Shown here piece by piece: positions 14,456 to 27,146 of a stretch of 64,000 nt of DNA (position 1 is its first letter; every line of letters begins with the position of its first letter). Made by a program: the position numbers and the translations under genes. The notes below the pieces were generated by a model, which was not told the DNA's origin, made no database searches, and worked only from the letters and a program-made list of their open reading frames with translations. The stretch spans positions 24,986,001 to 25,050,000 of the forward strand of contig OX597820.1 in the NCBI GenBank assembly GCA_951406725.2, read 5' to 3'. The DNA is from Octopus vulgaris. Its lineage: Eukaryota.

Positions 14456-17400
14456 TTTATTTTGTCCAGCAAGTTTCAGGGAGGAGATAAGTCAATTACA
14501 TTGACCCTGGTGTTCCAACTGGCACTTACTTTAAAGGATGATAGACAAAGTCAACTTTGGCAGAATTTAAGCTCAGCTAAGCATTTTGCCCAGCACCCTA
14601 ACAGTTCTGCCAGCTTGCTGCTCTCATTTAAAAGGTAATATTAATACATTTTCAATTAATTCTTGTCGGGATTTAAAAAGAGAAATCAAAATTATAAAAC
14701 AAAGCAAAAATGATATACTTGAATGATAATTGACAAAGATAAAGGATTTTATGTTATTTTTGAAATTTTCCTGGATTATGCTCTCTCTGTAATCTCTTCA
14801 ATTACTTCTGTCCAAACTGGGCTCCTAAACACCACAACTTCACTGCTCTGTTCATTGACCACTTCAGTTATCTTCTGTTTTTTTGCTTGCTTCAGTCATT
14901 TGGCTGCAGTCATACTGGAGCACTATCTAAAAAAGTTGTCAAGCAAATCTATCTCTGTACTTGTTTTTAAATTTGGCACACATTCTATTGCCCTCTTTTA
15001 CTGAATGATTTAATTTGGTATTGATCTAAATTTAAGAAACCTAAGAAAAAATATCCCTCTCCGGCTGTTTCCCTGTTGTGAATTAAATGTTGCAAGCAGA
15101 TCATTCAAAGTGGTCTAGAATGTAGACCTTTCTTAAACCTTAAGTTAATACACAGTGAAAGTCATAAGCAGTAATGTCTTAAGCCATGAGCACTCTGAGC
15201 AGTTGCACTGAGTCCTCACAGGTATAGGGACCCAATTCTAATGTATGTATGCTGCAGCTTTCTGTCAATGAATACATAACTATAGGGCCCAGTGCAGCCC
15301 TGGTCATAGGTACTCTACTGTTGAGCAATGGATATGTTAACAATAAACCAATCTTGTTTAAAACAGGAATGCATTTAGCTGGTTAAATAAATCTATTAAT
15401 TTTTACAGAGTAAAAATTACACAGGACTCAGCTTTTAGTACAACATTCTTGTTGACTGTTTTGTCACTGTCAAAATAAATGTTAACTTATAAATTTGTGG
15501 TCATGTGACACCCAAAGCATAAACATCCTTATCTGTGATGGTCTATGCTAATAGGGATTAGCAGAGGTGTGATCTGAAAACGTATATATAGAAAGAAATG
15601 CAATGATCTTTTGTAGATATTATCTACAACAGCATGGTTGCAACAGATCTTTTATCTTTCTCTCAATCTCTCTATCATTTTTGAGAGTCATTTTGAATAA
15701 AAGAAGCTTCCCTTTCCATTACTCTCCCCTCAGAATCAAATATGTGTCTAACAATATTTCTTAATGAAATAAATATGGAAATGAAATAATATTAATAAAC
15801 TAATAGACACTATTTATAATACATGAGAAGATGCCATGGTAAGCTGCCTGAAGTAATGTATGAATGGTATAGTCACCCAGCTAGCTACAGATAAAACTGG
15901 TCTCAGATTAGAACTTATATTGTGTGATACCATTAATTAAACTGTAATTGATATTTAAGATAGATCTCATACTTAACATTCTTTTCTTACATGGGGATAA
16001 TTAGCTTGCATTATCTTCAAGTACAATTTGTGAATTTTTATAATATTGCTAGCTAAATGATACAGCTGACTTCATTCTTGTGATGGAGAAATTCTTTAAG
16101 AATCACACACTACTCTGTGCAAATGCTACTTTCATATTTCAAATTTGGTTTTTGCTTTATAAATTACTAACATTACACTAACCCTGCTTACAGTAGCATT
16201 TTATTTTCGGACAACATTTCAGACAAAATGATGTAATAATAGCCAGAATGAACTGTAATCATCATCATCATCGTTTAACATCCGCTTTCCATGCTAGCAT
16301 GGGTTCGACGATTTTGACTGAGGGCTGGCAAACCAGGTGGCTGCACCAGGCTCCAATCTTATACTGGCAGAGTTTCTACAGCTGGATGCCCTTCCTAACG
16401 CCAACCACTCCGAGAGTGTAGTGGGTGCTTTTTATGTGCCACCGGCACGGGGGCCACTCAGGTGGTACTGGCAATGACCATACTCAAATCTTTTTATACA
16501 TGCCACCAGCACAGATGCCAGTAAGGTGACGTTGGTAACGATCACGCTCGAATGGTGCCCTTTTACGTGCCACAGCACGGGGGCCAGTCAGGTGGTACTG
16601 GCAATGACCTCACTCGAATCTTAATGAATATCAATAAGCTAAATCCTAAAATAAATTCTTACTCGTATTTATTAATATAATTATTATATTTTAACATATT
16701 CTCAACATCTTTCTCGGAGTTTCTACTGCACCACCAGATGCACTTGTATATTACTGAAGTGCATACAACATTGTCTTTTGAGGTTTTAGAATTGAGATTA
16801 TCTAATGTCCACTTTCCATGCTAGCATGGATGGAATGGTTTGAGAGGGAACCAGAGACTTGCAGGGCTGTGTCAAGCTCCAGTGTCACCTTTTGTATAAT
16901 TTCTACTAAACGGGTTTAAGTTCCTTCACATGTTACTTTACCTATTCATCTGTTTGTTGTGTAGAATATGTGCCTTGGGAGTTGTGTGGTAACTGTATCA
17001 CATATTTGTGTTGTTTGAGTTGTGCTATGTGGCCATACCACATACTTGTGTTGTGTGAGTTGTGTTATGTGCTTTGGGTGTTGTGTGTTGACTGTACCAC
17101 ATATTTGTGTTGTGTGAGCTGTGTTATGTGCTTTGGGTGTTGTGTGGTGATCGTACCACATACTTGTGTTGTGTGAGTTATGTTATATGCTTTGGGTGTT
17201 GTGTGGTGACCATATCACATATTTGTGTTGTGTGAGTTGTGTTATGTGCTTTGGGTGTTGTGTGGTGACTGTACCACATATTTGTATTGTGTGAGCCGTG
17301 TTGTGTGTTTTTGGTGTTGTGTAGTGACCGTACCACATGTGTTGTGTGAGTTGTGTTATGTGCTTTGGGTGTTGCGTGTTGACTGTACCACATACTTGTG

Positions 17401-20400
17401 TTGTGCGAGTTCTGTTATATGTTTTAATGTCAGGTGTTGATTGTGCAGAATATATGGCTGTGTAGTTCATGTTATATTATTGGGAGGCACATGCATCAGA
17501 ATATGAGATGAATGATATGTAAGCAATGGTGTGTGAGGTGGGCAATAATACTGATATTATAATAATCAGTATTGTATAACCAAAGATTGTTATTTTGGTG
17601 TTTTTTGCAATATGTTATGAGCAAAAGATATTTTAATTCACCCACAAGCTGCATGGCAATAAATTTAGGTCCATATGTGAAGAAATAGTGATTTTAAAGT
17701 TCTACTTTGCAAATATGAACAAGGCATTGTAAGGCACATATTTCAACTATTTTAAACAAACAATAGGAAGTCAATGTTTTTATTTTATATAGAAAAGACC
17801 AACGCCCCACAGCAGAATAAATATTTCACAGCACCAATTCACTTTTCCTCAAAAGTTGAGATCTTGTGATATTTGTGATCACAGATGTCTAAGGCTTGAT
17901 GTACTATCGTGGCTACACACTAGTTGATATCACCTTTAGTTCACTATCTATTTCTTTCACGACGCGTAAGACAAGCTCATCCTTATATATAGGTGCAACG
18001 ACTTGGATATTGACTGGAAGTCCAACACTGCCTGGAATTGACTGCAAAGAAACAAGACATATATATTTGGAATTGCCAAAGGATGTTATGAAAGAATCGT
18101 TGTCAGCAAAGTTTAAGATGACTCAGACCACAGACTACAAAGTCATGAATTTAAACTTCACTACATTCTTTGTCATGATATGTTGTTGTTCTTAGTTCCT
18201 TATAGAAAGTAAATAATCATTATTTAATGTGATTGTGCAAATACATTAGGCAAATTAAGATTATATTATTTCCCCATCTTTAGAACATACATCGATTTCA
18301 AATTTTGGTACAAGGCCAGCAACGTTGGGGGAGGGGTAAGTTGATTATTTCATCAATCCGGAAAGGATGATAGGCAAAGTCAACCTCAATGGAATTTGAA
18401 CTCAGGATGTAAAGACAAGCAAAATACCATTAAGATTTTTCCCAACATGCTAACAATTCTACCAGCTCACCACCTTCTTTAGAACATATAATGGCAATAT
18501 TAATAACTGTGCTGTATTTTGATCTGTTCATCATTGAATGATCAGACAAATCAAAATACCATGTAAAATATAAATATGGTAAATATCTACAAAAAATAGG
18601 TTTCTTGCTTAACATATGACTAATACAATATCAGATATTGTTGTATGATTAAAAAATCAGTTTCTGATCCCTGTAGTTTCAGGTTTGAACCTACTTGCAT
18701 AATATGGCAACTTGGCAAGTGTCTTCTGCCATCGCCTTGTGTTTTCTGATGCCTTTTAAATGAAACTCAATATACAAAACTTTGTGAAAGACTACCTACC
18801 CATCTGTCACTCTCCTCTCATACTCTTATGAAATTATGCATCCTTTCCTTCTCCCATGATCCATTGTCCATGAATCTCCTCTATAGTAAGACACCTACAC
18901 TTCTCCCTCTATCATCCGCTAGTCTTCAACACCAGACAGAAAGCCACCTCTCCCGTCTCTCAAATACACACCAACTCAGTCAAGTGGGGTTTTCTCTCCA
19001 TTTTCTTTCTTTACTTTGTCTAGCAAGTTACCTGATGCCCTAACAAGTTTCTGTGTCATGGAGAAAGCACCCAGTACACATTGTAAAATGTAAGTATTGT
19101 TTTTAAATAAATATATAAATGTACATTAAATAAAGAATAGATTAACAGCGTAAGAGGGGCTGTGTGGTAAGTAGCTTGCTTACGGACCACATGGTTCCGG
19201 GTTCAGTCCCACTGCATGGCACCTTGGGCAAGTGTCTTCTACTATAGCCTCGGGCCAACCAAAGCCTTGTGAGTGGATTTGGTAGACGGAAACTGAAAAA
19301 AGCCCATCGTATATATGCATATATGTATGTGTGTGTGTATGTTTGTGTGTCTGTGTTTGTCCCACCAACATCGCTTGACAACCAATGCTGGTATTTACGT
19401 CCCTGTAACTTAGTGGTTCGGCAAAAGAGACCGATAGAATAAGTACTAGGCTTACAAAGAATAAGTCCTGGTGTCGATTTGCTCAACTAAAGGTGGTGCT
19501 CCAGCATGGTCACAGTCAAATGACTGAAACAAGTAAAAGAGTAAAAGAGTAACACATGAAGACTAAAATGTAATGTTTATGAAACTGTTCAAATCTAAAT
19601 ATATTTGCAAACTTACATGTGTGTGTGCATACATGCATGTGTGCGTGCATACCCATGCATGCATTTGTACTTGTATCAGCAAAGATATACAAGTTGGTAT
19701 ATGTCTTTCGCTAATACATGTTATGTGCCTTGGAAGTTGTGTGGTAACTGTATCACATATTTGTGTTGTGTGAGTTGTGTTATGTGCTTTGGGTGTTGTG
19801 TGGTGACCGTATCACATATTTGTGTTGTGTGAGTTGTGTTATGTGCTTTGGGTGTTGTGTGGTGACCGTATCACATATTTGTATTGTGTGAGTTGTGTTA
19901 TGTGCTTTGGGTGTTGTGTGGTGACTGTACCACATACTTGTGTTGTGTGAGTTGTGTTATATGCTTTAGGTGTTGTGTGATGACTGTATCACATATGTGT
20001 GTTGTGTGAGTTCTGTTATGTGTTTTAATGTCAGGTGTTGATTGTGCAGAATATGTGACTGTGCAGTTCATGTTATATTATTGGGAGGCACATGCATAGA
20101 ATATGAGATGAATGAGAATATGCATGGAGGAACATGCATACAGTATGAAATGAATGAGATGAATCACATGATTAAAAATGCAGTGAACCTGTGACTGGCC
20201 TATCAGAGGCTGATAAACATCAGTGCTGTGGTTCAACAAAATAAATGATATAAAACAAAAGTGGTAAAAAGAAGTATATAACTTACGCCTTTCAAACAGA
20301 ACTCAGGCAGTGTTCTGGCATTGTATTTCTCGTTCACATCTTCTTCTGATACCTTGGTAATGGGCATAGACACAACAGGGTAATTCAACAGATTGTAGAG

Positions 20401-21166
20401 AAGAGGGTAAGAGGGAAATCCTGTCAAGAAAATAACAGAGAGAGAGAAATTATAGTTGTTGCTGCTGCTGCTTTGTTTGTTTGTTTGTTGAGTGTCTCAG
20501 GACTGTCTGCAGTCCGAAACGTGGTCCTTTGCTATTCGTAAGACCCGCAAAAGAGAAAGCAGGTTAACCCCCCGACACTGAGAGCATCGACAGATGGATG
20601 AATGCGCATCCAGGCTCAGCGGTTGCGTAGGAAGTTGGGGACAAGAAACAGGAAGGAAGAGTGAAAGAAAGTTGGAGCGAAAGAGTACAACAGGGGTCGC
20701 CACCACCCGCTGCTGGAGCCTCATGGAGCTTTAGGTGTTTTCACTCAATAAACACACACAACGCCCAGTCTGGGAATCGAAACCACGATCCTCCGACCAC
20801 GAGTCCGCTGCCCTAACCACTGGGCCATTGCACCTCCTGCTGTTGCTGTGGTTGTTGTTTTATCCAGGGGTCAATCCTTATCAAGTAGCTCTATGACCAA
20901 AGACATATCTTTTGGTTTTATCTTTTCTTTTGATTGTTTCAGTTATTAGACTGCAGCCATGCTGCAGCACCCCTTGAAGAGTTTTTAGCTGAATGAACTG
21001 ATTCCAGTACTTACGGTTTTTTTCCCCCTTTTTGTCTTTTGTTCTTTAAAGCCTAGAACTTATTCTATCAGGTTCCTTTGTCAAACTGCTAAGTTACAGA
21101 GACATAAACACACCAACACTAGTTATTTGTCCCCAACCCAGTGGTTGGGGACAAATACAGACACAT

Positions 21167-21210
<44 letters not shown>

Positions 21211-21237
21211 TCATGCACACACACACACTCACGCATG

Positions 21238-21289
<52 letters not shown>

Positions 21290-23906
21290 TATACATATAA
21301 CAGGCTTCTTTCAATTTCTGTCTACCAGATCTACTCACAAAGCTTTGGTTAGCCCAAGGCGATAGCAGAAGACATTTGCCCAAAGTGCCACGCAGTGGGA
21401 CTGAACCCTGAACCCTGAATTATGTGGTTTGGCAACAAACTTTTTACCACACACTCATGCCTGGGCCATAATTATCACATTTTTGTTTTGTTTCCTCCAC
21501 AATCATGATTCCAGGTTCAGTCCCACTGCATGACACCTTGGGTAAGTATCTTCTACTAAAGCTCCAGGTCAACCAAAGCCTTGTCAGTAGATTTGGTACA
21601 TGGAAACTGAAAGAAGCCCATCATTTATCTGTATGTGTATGTGCGTCAGTATACGTACATATGTGTGTGTATGCATATGCATATGTGAGTGTGTGTGCAT
21701 ACACACTATTGCGTGTGCATGCACACACTAGTGTGTGTGTGCGTGTATCTCTGTGAGTGTGTTTGTATTAATCTCCATCACCACTTGACAACTAAGTGGT
21801 TTGGCAAAAGAGACTGATAGAAAAAGGCACCATACTTTGAAAAATAAATATTGGAGACCAATTTGTACTACTAAAACCCCTCAAGGTGGTGCCCCAGCAA
21901 AGCCACAGTCCAATGATTGAAACAAGTAAACGATAAAAGATTACATTCTTAGTTCAGAAGAATTATTATTATTTTTTTTTTTTTTTTTGAAATGTTCAAT
22001 TCAGATTGATTTAAAGTAATAAGGACTTACTTCCAAAGTTTGGACAGCTTAACAAAAATGATGGTGAAGCCATGACAGGGCAGATGAGAGCATCCAGGTT
22101 ATCCTTTTGCATAGCGTTAGCAAATTCCTCGTTATATTTCTGAAACGTAAGAGAAGAGCCAACAATAGCTAGTGATTCTAACCTGCATGTTTTTGAGTTT
22201 AATTTGGCTATATCTGGCCAAGATATTCTTCCTGCAAACCATACTATATAAAAGAAATTACATAGAACTACTTTAAATGTACATGTGGAGCTCTGAGGGT
22301 TGGCCATTAATACATGGGCAATAACCACCCTCTCGCAACAAATGGCAGAAATTTGAATTTTAAATTAAGGACTTTAAGGAAGAAGATGCATAGAATTCAT
22401 GTATTTTATTATTTTTTTTATCTATTATGAAGTTCTTACAATTTCTAGTTGCTAATAGTCATGTATAGTATTATTTCATTCTTTTCAGAATTCTTCAGTA
22501 TGATTTGACCTGTAACTTGTTAATTATATATATTATGAAGAGAGACATTTCATTAAAATTAAAAATGAAATTAATTACAGTTTGGAGGAAATTCATGGAA
22601 TGTAGTTTTTTTTCTTGTCATTTTTTAACTTCATAGATTGTTGGTAGTTTAAGAATTGAGAGAAATAGGATATTTGTAGTAAGCAAATCTCAACTGTCAA
22701 AGCATGAACTCTTTCAATGCTGCAACTAGTAGCAGCACTTATAAAAAATGAAATGCAATTTCTACAATTCATATAGAAACAAAAGCACTCAGAGAGCACA
22801 AACCTCCACCAAGGCAACACCAATGTCCTCTCAACGATTAGCCGGAGATGATTTTAAAATGAGAATATCTGAAATAAACTCAACTGCTCTCACAAACAAG
22901 AACACTAAAAATGGACCGAACTGCTCACAAAAATTAAGTAAAAAAACTGAAAAAATAATCCCGAATCCTTGTTCGGTACTGGATCAATCCCAAAATCTAA
23001 TCAGAGTTTGTGCCAGTCATGAAGCCAAACATCCCTGAAAGTTTCATCAGAATCCATCCACCGGTTCTTGAGACATCCTGTCTACGAACAAACAAACAAA
23101 CACAACTGAAAACAATACCTCCACCTTTGCTAAGTCAGAGGTAATAAAGGAATTTCAACTTACTGTATTTTAACGAGTAGGAACCCTTTTTTGTCAAAAA
23201 TTAGGTTTAAAAAATATGGAAGTTTCTTATACATGGGTAGTATCATAATCCCTTACAAAGCCTTTTTTCCAAATTTTAAGCCCCAAAAATTAGGGGGTTT
23301 CTTATACACGTTACAATATGGTATCTATTTTTACAATAATATTTTTCTAGACAAAATGAGTCTTTCAACTATGACATAGTTAGAAAAGTTAACTAGAACT
23401 ATTTCAGCTATATATAAACCAAAAGAAGAATATGTTAAAGTGACTCACTTCTTTCTCATTGACCAAGTTATATATATCACGATAATTCCTGGAATTAAAA
23501 ACAGGGAGAAAATATTGAAATATTTTATTACTACCAAGCTTAAATTTGTCAAAGAAAACAATTCTATACAGTGAATACAGTAAGCTCTCTACATCCAACA
23601 CCACCGGGACCAGAGTATTGCTGAATAACTGAATTTTCTGGATATCTGATCATCACTTTTTTATATTGCCATAGTACCTTACAAAGTTCTATATACACAT
23701 CATAATGTGTCTAATTAATAAGTCCCAGGTCAAATCATGATGAAAATTTTTGACAGGTGTAGCAGTGTGGTAAGTAGCTTGCTTCCCAACCACATGGTTC
23801 CAGGTTCAGTCTTATTGAGTGGTGCCATGGACAAGAATCTTTTACTATAGCCTCAGGCTGACCAAAGCCTTGTGAGTGGATTTAGTAGACAGAAACTGAA
23901 AGAAGC

Positions 23907-23955
<49 letters not shown>

Positions 23956-26070
23956 GTGTGTGTGTGTGTCTGTGTTTGCCCCACCATCATTGTTTGACAA
24001 CTGATGTTGGTGTATTTACATCCTCGCAACTTAACGGTTCAGCAAAAGAGACCAATAGAATAAGTACCAGGCTTACAAAGAATAAGTCCTGAGGCCCAAT
24101 TCTGCAACTAAAACCACTTTAAGGTGGTGCTCCAGCATGGCCGCAGTCAAATGACTGAAACGAGCAACAGAATAACATCCTTGTTATCAGTAATATCCTA
24201 AACATAGCAGAGAAATAGTAAAGGAAAGGTTTTATTAATCCTTTAGCATTGAGATTTCTGTGTCAAATGTAATGCTTATTTATTCACATGACTGGCATCC
24301 ATGCTAGTGGAGTGCTAAGAGCACCATCCGAGCGTGATCATTGCCAGAGTGGATAACTGGCTTCCATGCCAGTGGCACGTAAAAAGCACCATTCTAACGT
24401 GATCGTTACCAGCGTCGCCTTACTGGCACTTGTGCCGGTAGCATGTAAAAAAACATTCAAGCAAGGTCATTGCCAGTGCCGCTGGACTGGCTCCTGTGCA
24501 GGTGGCACATAAAAAGCACCATTTGAGCGTGGCCGTTGCCAGTACCACCTGACTGGCCCTTGTGCTGGTGGCACGTAAAAGCATGGAAAACGGACATTAA
24601 ACGATGATGATGATGATGATGAAACAATCACATCATTGAAATCTTAAAACTACAAGGTAATGCTTGACTAATTCAAATTAATCATCATCATCATGCTAGC
24701 ATGGGTTGGACGATTTGACTGAGGAGTGGCGAACCAGATGGCTGCACCAGGCTCCAATCTTGATCTGGCAGAGTTTCTACAGCTGGATGCCCTTCTTAAC
24801 ACCAACCACTCCGAGAGTGTAGTGAATGCTTTTACATGCCTCCAGCATGAGGCCCAGTCAGGTGGTACTGGCAATGGCCATGAAAAAATCGTGTTTTTTA
24901 TTTTTTTACGTGTCACCTGCAAACCGGCACAAGTGCCAGTAAGGCATTGTAAAATAATATTGTAAGGGATGTATGAGAAGCTGGATCTGCCCAGTTTGAA
25001 GATAAAACCAGGAGATTATTTTGGCTGGATATGGCTAGTTAAAATATGAGAATGTTAGCCTAATAAAGTACAGATGCAAATACAGTAAAATACAATACTG
25101 TAACAGTAGAAATTTTCTTTTTAAGAAAATTAATTAATTAAAACAAATTAGCACAATTTTTTTTTTTTTTTTTGTCTGAGTGCCTGTTACTTGAGAGTTT
25201 CAATTATTTGAGTAGCAGATAAGAGGGAGTGTACTGTATAAAAATGAGTGAAAAAAGGAAAATACAGACTATGAAATAGACAGATAGAAAATTAAAAAAG
25301 CAAGTGGAGAGAGAAAAAAACAAAACTAGTTCACACTCACTGCAATCCATCCATTGTACGAATAAGCCGAGACGATGTTTTGTCCTACAAAATAGTGGAA
25401 ATAATTTGAAGAAATATAGAAAAAAACGAAAAGTAATAATTAGGAGAGAAATTAGTTTTTTAATGAACAATTTGTTTCAAATTCATATAATTTACATTCT
25501 TTTATTCTTTTACTTGTTTCAGTCATTTGACTGCGGCCATGCTGGAGCACCATCTTAAAGGGTTTTTAGTCGAAGCAGTCAACCCCCAAGACTTATTCTT
25601 TGTAAGCCTAGTACTTATTCTATTGGTCTCTTTTGCCAAACCACTAAGTTACAGAGACATAAACACACCAGTTGTCAGGCAATGGTGGCGGGGTCAAACC
25701 CACCAGCATGGAAAACGTATGTTAAAGGCTGGTGGCGGTGGTGGGTGAGGATGGTGATGATGATAAGGATGATGATGATGATGATGATGATGCACATAGT
25801 GTAGAATTAAATACACACTAGGGATCTTTATTTCCAAACTAAGTGTAACAATGTACTTATTCAGTAGAGCACTTACAATAAGAGAAGAAACCAATGGAAA
25901 TATAGTGTAGATATAAACACTAAATGTTTCATTATTTACATTCGACGGATATTTGTCCTCATCTTGTTTGTTGTTAACACAACATTTCAGCTGATATACC
26001 CTCCAGCCTTCTTCAGGTGTTTTGGGGAAATTTCGAACCTGTATTCTCATTCCTAAGGTATTTTTCGATG

Positions 26071-26102
<32 letters not shown>

Positions 26103-27085
26103 GTTGTTATTGTTCAGGTCACTGCTTGGAATCGAACTTGGAATCTTGGGGTTAGTAGCCTGTGCTCTTAACCACTACGTCATATGTCCTACTAACCCCA
26201 AGATTCTGAGTTCGATTCCAGGCAGTGACCTGAATAATAATAATAACAACATCGAAAAATACCTTAGGAATGAGAAACCAGGTCCAAAATTTCCCCAAGA
26301 CACCTGATGAAGGTGGAGGGTATATCAGCCGAAACGTGTTAAAAACAAACAAGATGAGGACAAATATCCATCGAATGTAAATAATGTAAATAATTTACAT
26401 AATTCCTCATCTCTTAAATATAGAACTGTATTAGCTAAATGTTTCTTTATATTATCCTATGTAGCCATCTGGATTTTTTTATCTTAATAGAATTGTGTAA
26501 TTTGATGAAGATTTATCATCTATTTCTAGCACATAAAGTGACAACTTAGGGGTTTCCTTTCAGCAAGCTATGGTTCAATTTAGTTAAAGCTTGAAATCTT
26601 CACCAATAGATCAGCAGCTTAATTGGTAAAATCACAGCATTTCTGCTTCGTGGACATAAATTCTACTAAGTATTTATATATGTGTGTGTTTGTGTGTCAG
26701 TGTTTGTCCCCCCCAACATTGCTTGATTACCGACGTGGGTGTGTTTACGTCCCCGTAACTTAGCGGTTCGGCAAAATAGACCGATAGAATAAGTATTATG
26801 CTTACAAAGAATAAGTCTTGGGGTTGATTTGCTTGACTAGAGGTGGTGCTCCCGCATGGCCACAGTCAAATGACTGAAACAAGTAAAAGAGTAAAAAGAG
26901 AGAGTATATATATATATATATATATATATGGGTGCTGGCATGGCTGTGTGGTTTACTTTGTAACCATGTGGTTTGGGGTTCAGTCCCACAGCACAACACC
27001 TTGGGCTATATCTCTGGGCTGACCAATCCTTTGTGAGTAAATTTGGTAGATGGAAATTATGTGGAGGCTCATCATATATGCATGC

Positions 27086-27146
<61 letters not shown>

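Larger units (their letters stand above)
16043..19010. repeat. Segmental duplication copy A (last intron end + exon 18a + 3' UTR)
   Basis: Direct repeat of 11971-14455, with copy-specific insertions (16260-16620) and a minisatellite expansion. Confidence 0.95.

Noticed and set aside
13391-16043. Exon 18b as the end of a separate complete FAAH paralogue
   Set aside because: No copy of exon 17 or earlier exons seen between 18b and copy A; only the terminal exon region is duplicated.
16968-17420. Regular 59-bp repeats as a CRISPR array
   Set aside because: Whole units repeat with no unique spacers, there are no cas genes, and the context is eukaryotic; it is a minisatellite.
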